This document shows, piece after piece, positions 57,322 through 64,000 of a DNA stretch of 64,000 nt; position 1 is the first letter of the stretch; every line of letters starts with the position of its first letter. The notes under the pieces are model-generated. The model saw only the letters and a program-made list of their open reading frames with translations, was not told the DNA's origin and made no database searches. The stretch comes from an uncultured bacterium. GTDB lineage: Bacteria > Macinerneyibacteriota > Macinerneyibacteria > Macinerneyibacteriales > DSCS01. The stretch lies in assembly GCA_964548195.1 (NCBI GenBank), contig CAZJQC010000002.1:107315-171314 (forward strand), written 5' to 3'. The position numbers and the translations under genes were made by a program.

Positions 57322-58518
57322 TTATTCACCCATAAGAATATTGATACCCGGCAACCCGTTTCCCTCCATAAGTTTCAGGGAAGCACCTCCGCCGGTGGAT
57401 ATCAAATCGACTTTGTTCGAACAGCCAAGCATCCTGATCGCGCGCACGGAGTCTCCCCCGCCCACGATGGAAAAAGCATCCGAGCAGCCGAGGGATTCCG
57501 CTATGCATTTCGTCCCGCGGGCATATTCCTCAGTCTCGAATATCCCCATGGGGCCGTTCCATACAACGGTCTTGGCGTCTCTGATCGCATCCGAATAGAC
57601 CTTTACGGTCTCGGGACCGATGTCCACGCCGATCCACCCCTCATCGATTTGGCTACTATATATTCTTTCCCCCGGCATGTCAACCGTTTTTACCAGGCAG
57701 TGGTCCGCCGGAAGAAGAAACTCGCCCTGAAAATCGTTCGTTTTTTTCAATATTTCCTTTGCAACGTCGAGGCGGTCCTCCTCAACAAGCGAGTTGCCTG
57801 TCGGCAGTCCCGACGCCCTCATCAACGTGTATGTCATCGCTCCGCCGATCAGAAATTTATCCGCAACTGTCAGGAGATTTTCAAGCACTCGGATCTTGTC
57901 GCTGACCTTGGCGCCGCCCATGATGACGACAAACGGCCTGGCAGGGTTGACAAGCACCCTCTCAAATGCGGTCAGTTCTTTTTTCACTAAGAAGCCCATG
58001 GCCTTTTCTTCGAATAGCGAGGGGAGTCTGTATACCGAAACATGTTCACGATGTGATGCCCCGAATGCGTCATTAACATAAATATCAGCTGAATTTCTCA
58101 ACAAAGCGGCAAATTCAGGGTCTCCCTCGGTCTCTCCCTTGTAAAATCTGATGTTTTCCAGCATGATGACATCATGCCGGCTGTCCCTGTATTCCCTCAG
58201 TTTTTCCGCATCGATCGACGGATCCGCAAGAAAAACATCGCGCCCGATGACCTCGGACAACATATCAGCCACGGGCCTAAGGCTGTATTTGGGGTTGAAA
58301 GAGCCGCCCGGACGTCCGAAATGGGATGCTATTATCAGCTTTCCCCCGTTATCAAGTATGTACTCTATGGTATCGCGGGCCGCCGTTATCCTGTTTGAAT
58401 CAGCCACTGAACCGTTGCTGTCCAGAGGGCAGTTAAAATCAACACGCAGGAAGACTCTTTTTCCCGAGACATCAATCGCATCGACTGTCTTGACTTTTTC
58501 CAGTATACGTTTTATCAT
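57322..58518 (-). CDS. pgk: phosphoglycerate kinase
   Basis: RVDFNCPLD N-terminal motif and typical Pgk body; ATG at 58518. Confidence 0.9.
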   Translation of the reverse strand: MIKRILEKVKTVDAIDVSGKRVFLRVDFNCPLDSNGSVADSNRITAARDTIEYILDNGGKLIIASHFGRPGGSFNPKYSLRPVADMLSEVIGRDVFLADPSIDAEKLREYRDSRHDVIMLENIRFYKGETEGDPEFAALLRNSADIYVNDAFGASHREHVSVYRLPSLFEEKAMGFLVKKELTAFERVLVNPARPFVVIMGGAKVSDKIRVLENLLTVADKFLIGGAMTYTLMRASGLPTGNSLVEEDRLDVAKEILKKTNDFQGEFLLPADHCLVKTVDMPGERIYSSQIDEGWIGVDIGPETVKVYSDAIRDAKTVVWNGPMGIFETEEYARGTKCIAESLGCSDAFSIVGGGDSVRAIRMLGCSNKVDLISTGGGASLKLMEGNGLPGINILMGE

Positions 58519-58525
58519 GCCGGGC

Positions 58526-59527
58526 TCACAGGTTTTCGCAGTAATGAAGCAGGTCGACCACTCTGCTTGAATATCCCCATTCATTATCGTACCAGGATAA
58601 TACTTTTACAAAGTTGCCGTCCAATACCTTTGTGCACAATGCATCAAAATTGGAAGAAAAATCCACATGGTTGTAGTCGATGGAGACAAGCGGTTCATCC
58701 GTATATCCCAATATGCCGCTGAGTTCACCCTCTGAGGCTTTTTTCATCACCCTGTTTATCTCTTCCGCATCGGCCGGCTTCCCCAGTTCAACGGTAAGGT
58801 CCACAAGGGAGACATTGGATGTGGGGACACGTATGGCCATCCCATCCATCTTGCCTTTCAGCCCCGGTATCACTTCCGCGATCGCCTTGGCCGCTCCGGT
58901 CGTGGTCGGTATCATCGACACGGCCGCGGCCCTCGCCCTTCGCAGGTCCGAGTGCGGCGAATCCTGAAGACGCTGGTCTGCCGTATAGGCATGTATCGTG
59001 GTCATAAGGCCTCTGACAATACCGTAATTGTCATCAAGCACCTTTGCAACCGGAGCAAGGCAGTTTGTGGTGCAGGAGGCATTCGATATGATTTTATGTG
59101 ACTTTTGAAGTTTGGAATGGTTTACTCCCATTACGACTGTAATATCGGGATCTTTGGCAGGGGCGGATATTATCACCCTTTCGGCGCCTGCCTGCAGATG
59201 CACGGAGGCCTTTTCGCGGGTGCGGTAATAACCCGAGCATTCCAGGACGGTGGAAACGCCGAGCGTTTTCCACGGAAGAGCCGCGGCGTCTTTTTCAGCA
59301 TATACCCTTATGCTTTTGCCATCGACGATGATGGCGTTTTCCTCAGAAGAAACATCACCGCTAAAGCGCCCGTGCACGGAATCATACTTCAACAAATGAG
59401 CCAATGTCGCGGGATGCATGAGGTCATTGATGGCGACGACTTCAATATCCGGGAAATCTTCCGCGATCCTTCTGAAAACCAGTCTCCCTATCCTGCCAAA
59501 ACCGTTAATAGCGACTTTCAACTTCAT
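58526..59527 (-). CDS. gap: type I glyceraldehyde-3-phosphate dehydrogenase
   Basis: INGFGRIGR and ASCTTNC catalytic motif. Confidence 0.9.
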   Translation of the reverse strand: MKLKVAINGFGRIGRLVFRRIAEDFPDIEVVAINDLMHPATLAHLLKYDSVHGRFSGDVSSEENAIIVDGKSIRVYAEKDAAALPWKTLGVSTVLECSGYYRTREKASVHLQAGAERVIISAPAKDPDITVVMGVNHSKLQKSHKIISNASCTTNCLAPVAKVLDDNYGIVRGLMTTIHAYTADQRLQDSPHSDLRRARAAAVSMIPTTTGAAKAIAEVIPGLKGKMDGMAIRVPTSNVSLVDLTVELGKPADAEEINRVMKKASEGELSGILGYTDEPLVSIDYNHVDFSSNFDALCTKVLDGNFVKVLSWYDNEWGYSSRVVDLLHYCENL

Positions 59528-59543
59528 CTCACAAACCTCCTTG

Positions 59544-60185
59544 TTAAACTCCCTCGGTCAAATAATCGATCAATCCAAACTGTTCACTAAGTTTAAAAGA
59601 ATGGCCGTGGCCGGGATAGCAAGTCAACCCCGGGTCAAGCCCCTTTAGCAGATTCAAAGACGAAAGCAAAGCCTCCTGATCCCCTCCGGGAAGATCAGTC
59701 CTGCCGACGCCTCCGTCAAAAAGCGTATCCCCCGTAAAGAGTATGCCTTCATCCCTGATCAGCAGGCAGACAGACCCCGGCGAGTGGCCCGGGGTAGGTA
59801 TTATATCAATCGATACGCCGTCCACGGCAAGTTTTTTGTCTTTGTCCAGGAAACCGTCAGCCGGCGGAGATTCAATACAGACACCTGAATATATTGAAAA
59901 ATTTTTTTGGCAGTCGCTCAGCATCCCGGCATCGCGCTCTGATATCAGTATATCCGTCCCGAAATCATCCTTAATCCCCCGGTTTCCGCCTATATGGTCA
60001 TAATGGCCGTGCGTGTTGATGATCAGCGCCGGAACAAGTCCCCGCTCCCTGAGCAAAGCGCTCACGGAAACCGGCTCCGCGGGGTCTACGATCAGACACG
60101 TGACGCCGGCAACTATTATATGGGTGGATGTGGGCAGAGTCCCGGTCATCAGGGTGATCACATCCACGCCAGAGTGTTCAATCAC
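59544..60185 (-). CDS. MBL-fold metallo-hydrolase (glyoxalase II-like)
   Basis: HxHxDH motif THGHYDHIGG. Confidence 0.7.
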   Translation of the reverse strand: MIEHSGVDVITLMTGTLPTSTHIIVAGVTCLIVDPAEPVSVSALLRERGLVPALIINTHGHYDHIGGNRGIKDDFGTDILISERDAGMLSDCQKNFSIYSGVCIESPPADGFLDKDKKLAVDGVSIDIIPTPGHSPGSVCLLIRDEGILFTGDTLFDGGVGRTDLPGGDQEALLSSLNLLKGLDPGLTCYPGHGHSFKLSEQFGLIDYLTEGV

Positions 60186-60870
60186 CGAATATCCTCCTCA
60201 TTTCCCTGGAGTTCAGTGGGATTACGGAACCTTCACGTATATCGCCAAGCTTTATTCCTCCGTAGGAGACCCTTATCAGCGATGTGACTTTTTTGCCCAG
60301 GAAAGAGACCATGCGCCTGATCTCTCTGTTTTTGCCGGTGTGAAGCACCAGATGGTACCGGTTCTTCCCCGTTTTTTTTATATGGTCGCACATCAGAAAC
60401 TCACCCTTGTCGGTTATGCCTCTGCGCATGCGGTCCCTGTCAGAGGGGGTAAGCTCTCTGTTTGTAGTGATAAGATATTCGCGGGAGACCGAATATTTCG
60501 GGTGAGACATGCGCTGTGCGGTCTGCCCGTCGTTGGTAAGCAGCAGCAGCCCCTCGCTATCCTTGTCAAGCCGTCCTATATATGTGTATTTAAGGTATTT
60601 TTTTCCGAGATGGTCGTATATTGTCTTATTGAACTTATCTGATTTTGAGCAGACAAAACCCTTGGGCTTGTAGTATTTAAAATACTCCGGCTTCACACTG
60701 GTTATCTCAATACCGTCAACAGTGACCTTTTCGCCGCCGGCGAGGAAAAAGGGATTGTCCAGGACTTTCACACCGTTGACGCAGACATGTCCGCCTTCGA
60801 TGATCTGTTCGGCTTCTCTTCTGGAAACAGACCCGCAGTCCGAAAGATATTTTGAAAGTCTTTTTCTCAT
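60178..60870 (-). CDS. rluB: rRNA pseudouridine synthase (RsuA/RluB family, S4 domain)
   Basis: S4 domain at the N-terminus and catalytic Asp motif GRLDKDSEGLLLLTNDG. Confidence 0.8.
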   Translation of the reverse strand: MRKRLSKYLSDCGSVSRREAEQIIEGGHVCVNGVKVLDNPFFLAGGEKVTVDGIEITSVKPEYFKYYKPKGFVCSKSDKFNKTIYDHLGKKYLKYTYIGRLDKDSEGLLLLTNDGQTAQRMSHPKYSVSREYLITTNRELTPSDRDRMRRGITDKGEFLMCDHIKKTGKNRYHLVLHTGKNREIRRMVSFLGKKVTSLIRVSYGGIKLGDIREGSVIPLNSREMRRIFGD

Positions 60871-61403
60871 TCAACCATCTTTTCAATACTGCTTATCTCA
60901 GGCAGGTCCTGAATGGAATTCAGGCCGAAATACTCAAGAAACTTGCCTGTCGTACCATACAGCAGGGGTTTCCCGGGCGTCTCTTTCTGCCCGACTACCT
61001 TTATGAGTTCGAGCTCCAACAATTTCGTCAAGGTATATGACACGTTAACGCTTCGTATCATCTCTATTTCGATCCTGGTCACCGGCTGATTATATGCTAT
61101 GATGGCCACAGTCTCAAGAGCGGATTTTGATAAACGGAATGTTTTTTTTATACTGAACAACTTCTCTATGAAAACACCGAACTCAGCGGACGTCCTGAAC
61201 TCATAAGCATCATTAAGGGAAAATATCCTGAACGCCCTGCCGTCCCTCTCATACTCGGAATTGAGGGTGTCTATAACGCTCCTTACATCGACCGGCTTTA
61301 CGCCGTCATCTTCGATTATTTCGCGGATCTTTGCAATGCTGAGAGGTTCCCTGGCCGAAAAGACCAGCGCCTCGATCACAGACTTGAATTCCTGTACAGC
61401 CAT
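60867..61403 (-). CDS. scpB: segregation and condensation protein B
   Basis: ScpB winged-helix pair (EALVFSAREPLS, IAYNQPVTRIEIEMIR). Confidence 0.8.
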   Translation of the reverse strand: MAVQEFKSVIEALVFSAREPLSIAKIREIIEDDGVKPVDVRSVIDTLNSEYERDGRAFRIFSLNDAYEFRTSAEFGVFIEKLFSIKKTFRLSKSALETVAIIAYNQPVTRIEIEMIRSVNVSYTLTKLLELELIKVVGQKETPGKPLLYGTTGKFLEYFGLNSIQDLPEISSIEKMVE

Positions 61404-62098
61404 ACTTCTCCGAACACTTCGTTTTGAATCACTTTGATCTCCTTCATCCTTGCCATTTCCAAAACCGCCAGTACAAACACGACCATTTCAAGCTTGTTCC
61501 TGCAAGTCCTGAATATTTCAACAAGCCTTATCGTGCCCCGCTCTGAAAAACGCTGCTTCAAAGCGGCGATCTTATCTTCTATTTTATAATCCTCTTTGAT
61601 CACTTCATGCGGCCTGAATCGTTCCGCCCTGTCCATAATATCTTTGAATGCCGCGAGCAGTTCAAAAAAAGAAAAGTCGAATAAAAGTTCCCTGCCCGAA
61701 TACGCCGCCACTTCTTTTGAGACATCACGGCGATATGTTAGTACCATGCGTTCCTCATACTCCTCCATGATCTCAGCCACCCTCTTAAAAGTCCTGTATT
61801 CCAGTAATTTCCGCACCAGGTCTTCCCGGGGGTCATCTATGTCTATGTCCTCCCCGTCGACGGTCTCCGCCGGCAGCAGCATCTTGGACTTTATCAGCAT
61901 CAGCGTGGAAGCCATTACCATGAACTCCGATGCGATCTCAATGTCAAACGTACTCATCAGGTCCAGAAACTCGAGATATTGAGCCGTTATTACCGAGATC
62001 TGTATGTCATAGACGTCCATCTTGTTTTCTTTGATCAGGTAAAGCAGAAGGTCAAGGGGGCCCTCGAATGTCTCCAGGACGATGCGCGGTTTATCCAT
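61376..62098 (-). CDS. scpA: segregation and condensation protein A
   Basis: ScpA/kleisin-like N-terminus (FEGPLDLLLYLIKENKMDVYDIQIS). Confidence 0.8.
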   Translation of the reverse strand: MDKPRIVLETFEGPLDLLLYLIKENKMDVYDIQISVITAQYLEFLDLMSTFDIEIASEFMVMASTLMLIKSKMLLPAETVDGEDIDIDDPREDLVRKLLEYRTFKRVAEIMEEYEERMVLTYRRDVSKEVAAYSGRELLFDFSFFELLAAFKDIMDRAERFRPHEVIKEDYKIEDKIAALKQRFSERGTIRLVEIFRTCRNKLEMVVFVLAVLEMARMKEIKVIQNEVFGEVWLYRNSSL

Positions 62099-62441
62099 GG
62101 GCTTTGATTACATTTATGACGTCCTGTATATCAAAGGGTTTTTGCATTATTCCCGTAAAATAAGACATCTGTTCGTCCGTAAAATGGTTTCTGTCCCAGC
62201 CCGTGATGAGATACGCCGGCGTGTCAACGCCTTTGTTTCTCAATCCCGACAACAATGATATGCCGTCGCCGTCATTCAGCGAATAGTCTACAAACAAGAT
62301 ATCATAACATGTCTTCGATATCTCGTCATACGCTTCGCGAGAATCGGCGGCAGCGGCGCATTCACAATTGTCGACAAGGCCGCAAATATCCTTGAAAAGG
62401 TCCCTGATAAACTCTTCATTGTCAATAATCAAAACTCTCAC
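62091..62441 (-). CDS. single-domain response regulator (receiver only)
   Basis: REC motifs (VLIIDNEEF, DILFVDYSLNDGDG, conserved K); 116 aa. Confidence 0.7.
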   Translation of the reverse strand: MRVLIIDNEEFIRDLFKDICGLVDNCECAAAADSREAYDEISKTCYDILFVDYSLNDGDGISLLSGLRNKGVDTPAYLITGWDRNHFTDEQMSYFTGIMQKPFDIQDVINVIKAHG

Positions 62442-62914
62442 TCCAGCCTCCCCAGCAGAACGTTGGCCAAAACAGCTATGCCCTCACCTCTTCCGATAAA
62501 ACCCATACCCTCATTGGTCTTGGATTTTACGGAGACAAGGCAGACCGGCATGCGGCAGTCCTCCGATATATTTTTCCTCATCCCCTCTATGAAGGGGCTC
62601 ATGCGCGGCATTTCGGCGATGATCACGGCATCGACATTGATCACCTTCCAGTAAGGCGATATCTTTCCAAAGGCTTCACGCAGAAGCGCCCTGCCGGAAG
62701 CGTCTTTCCATTTGGGGTCGTCATCCGGGAAAGCCATGCCTATGTCCCCCGCGCCGGCGGCGCCCAACAAGGCGTCTATTATGGCATGCATAAGTACATC
62801 AGCGTCGGAATGCCCCGAAAGTCCACGCTCAAAAGGTATTTCCACTCCGCCCATCATCAGCCGTCGGCCATCCAAAAACCTGTGCGAGTCGTACCCGATA
62901 CCTACTCTGTGCAA
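62438..62914 (-). CDS. ispF: 2-C-methyl-D-erythritol 2,4-cyclodiphosphate synthase
   Basis: IGYDSHRF and GHSDADV motifs. Confidence 0.85.
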   Translation of the reverse strand: MHRVGIGYDSHRFLDGRRLMMGGVEIPFERGLSGHSDADVLMHAIIDALLGAAGAGDIGMAFPDDDPKWKDASGRALLREAFGKISPYWKVINVDAVIIAEMPRMSPFIEGMRKNISEDCRMPVCLVSVKSKTNEGMGFIGRGEGIAVLANVLLGRLE

Positions 62915-63582
62915 AGGACCCCTTTCCGAAACAGCGCCTCCGCCAATATCATATCATCATTTGTCGTTATCTTGAAATTAAATCTATCTCCAATTATAGT
63001 TTTTACCGGCAATTTTTTCAATTCAAAAAGACGCGCGTCATCGCCGTGGCAGCCGCCGGAAAAGATATCATGCAGTTCCACTATCATACCGTAATCAAAA
63101 AATTGCGGCGTCTGAACAGCTTTCAGGCAGTCCCTGTCCAGTGTGGCCAGTACATTTTCCCCTTTTACCGCCTTTACGGTGTCCGCGATCGCAGTGACGG
63201 GTATCACACAGGGGGAGTTTCGGACCGCTTTCATACCCTCGCGCAGCAGCGCTGCCGAAAAAAACGGCCTTGCCGCGTCATGTATAGCCACAAAATCGAA
63301 AGTGCCGCCGCGCAGGCCGTTTTTAACCGATTCCTGACGCGTGGCTCCGCCCCGCCTGAGGACGATATCATCAAGGCCGGCGCTTTTCAGTTCCCCCCAT
63401 GTCTTTTCCCGGTCCTCTTCTGGAACCACAAGTCGGATCTCATCAAAAAGGCCTGCCTTTTTTAACCTGACAAGTGAGATGATATAAAGCGGCGTGCCGC
63501 ATAGTTCAAGAAACTGTTTTTTGACCACTCCGCCAAACCGGCTGCCGCTTCCGCCGGCGGCGACAACAGCGAGATCGGCCAT
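62902..63582 (-). CDS. ispD: 2-C-methyl-D-erythritol 4-phosphate cytidylyltransferase
   Basis: AAGGSGSRFGG...KQFL nucleotidyltransferase motif. Confidence 0.85.
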   Translation of the reverse strand: MADLAVVAAGGSGSRFGGVVKKQFLELCGTPLYIISLVRLKKAGLFDEIRLVVPEEDREKTWGELKSAGLDDIVLRRGGATRQESVKNGLRGGTFDFVAIHDAARPFFSAALLREGMKAVRNSPCVIPVTAIADTVKAVKGENVLATLDRDCLKAVQTPQFFDYGMIVELHDIFSGGCHGDDARLFELKKLPVKTIIGDRFNFKITTNDDMILAEALFRKGVLCTE

Positions 63583-63585
63583 ACT

Positions 63586-64000
63586 TCACACTCCCCAGGC
63601 ATATTTTATCATATCGCCCACGGTACGGCACTTTATTATTTGCACCCCGTCACGCGAGTTGATATCCGTATCCGGGGCGTAGATCTTTTTATATCCGATT
63701 TTTGCGGCCTCATCCACCCTTCTGTCCATAAACGGCACTTTTCTTATCTCTCCGGACAGGCCGACTTCCCCTACAAACAGGGACCATCTGTCCAATTCCC
63801 TGTTGAGCAGTGAAGAGACCACAGCCATCATCACAGCAGCGCCCACGGAGGTCTCATTGACCCTGAGCCCGCCTGCAATGTTGAGGAATATATCATATTT
63901 CCCGACCTGATAGCCCAATCTTTTCTCCAAAACCGCCAGCAATATGCTCAGGCTTCTTGCCTCATAGCCGTTTGATATGCGCTGCGGCATGGCATATACC
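63586..64000 (-). CDS. radA: DNA repair protein RadA, C-terminal Lon-protease-like domain; gene continues beyond the window edge
   Basis: Lon-like C-domain (VFVGEVGLSGEIR); ORF is open to position 64000. Confidence 0.8.
   Translation of the reverse strand, partial: VYAMPQRISNGYEARSLSILLAVLEKRLGYQVGKYDIFLNIAGGLRVNETSVGAAVMMAVVSSLLNRELDRWSLFVGEVGLSGEIRKVPFMDRRVDEAAKIGYKKIYAPDTDINSRDGVQIIKCRTVGDMIKYAWGV

Noticed and set aside
1-64000. CRISPR arrays, tandem direct repeats and IS elements.
   Set aside because: No regularly spaced repeats, terminal inverted repeats or transposase-like ORFs were seen on either strand during a read-through.

Overview
This is a gene-dense (~95% coding) chromosomal segment of an anaerobic, probably diderm bacterium with about 50% GC; roughly 80% of genes are on the minus strand. 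There is no CRISPR array, no integrase or transposase, and no recognisable phage, CBASS, Pycsar, restriction-modification, Zorya or toxin-antitoxin module. Gene content from left to right is as follows. Positions 44-4869: tdh, a DUF523 (TudS-like) Fe-S protein, an uncharacterised 195-aa protein, an SPFH/triple-zinc-ribbon protein and a nucleoside kinase. Positions 4927-6659: gpsA and a divergent lipoprotein. Positions 6688-10575: a PerR-type oxidative-stress island (rubrerythrin, ferritin, desulfoferrodoxin, a rubrerythrin-like protein, a 53-aa rubredoxin missing from the ORF track, a flavodiiron protein and perR with a near-consensus promoter). Positions 10712-15198: a Yip1 membrane protein and the pyrimidine operon pyrC-pyrK-pyrD-pyrF. 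Positions 15438-20598: lnt and a type IV pilus pilMNOPQ block. Positions 20702-36674: a ~16 kb co-directional, largely translationally coupled super-operon (isf-DUF1893-AKR-hydrolase-tmk-holB-ricT-metG-exbB-like-thpR-class III cyclase-mtnA-rsmE-mtaB-PUR-alpha-like-yqeY-trpS). Positions 36675-37514: an ~840 bp AT-rich island with one predicted membrane ORF. Positions 37578-40070: a pair that looks like the conserved uncharacterised TIGR03546/TIGR03545 gene pair. Positions 40059-45297: a heterodimeric ABC exporter, a 2TM protein and pepD. Positions 45405-50817: tRNA-Ala(CGC) with a terminator, then xpt and a BMP-family nucleoside ABC transporter. Positions 50796-56673: an HD-GYP response regulator, a 1183-aa hybrid histidine kinase, a WYL-WCX protein and a DUF1622 protein. 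Positions 56752-64000: secG, pgk, gap, an MBL hydrolase, rluB, scpAB, an orphan receiver, ispF/ispD and a partial radA. The best candidates for uncharacterised biology are (1) the thpR-cyclase pair embedded in a housekeeping operon, (2) the AT-rich island with the TIGR03546/TIGR03545 pair, (3) the WYL-WCX protein coupled to a two-component/HD-GYP module, and (4) the SPFH-zinc-ribbon operon with its unknown partner.
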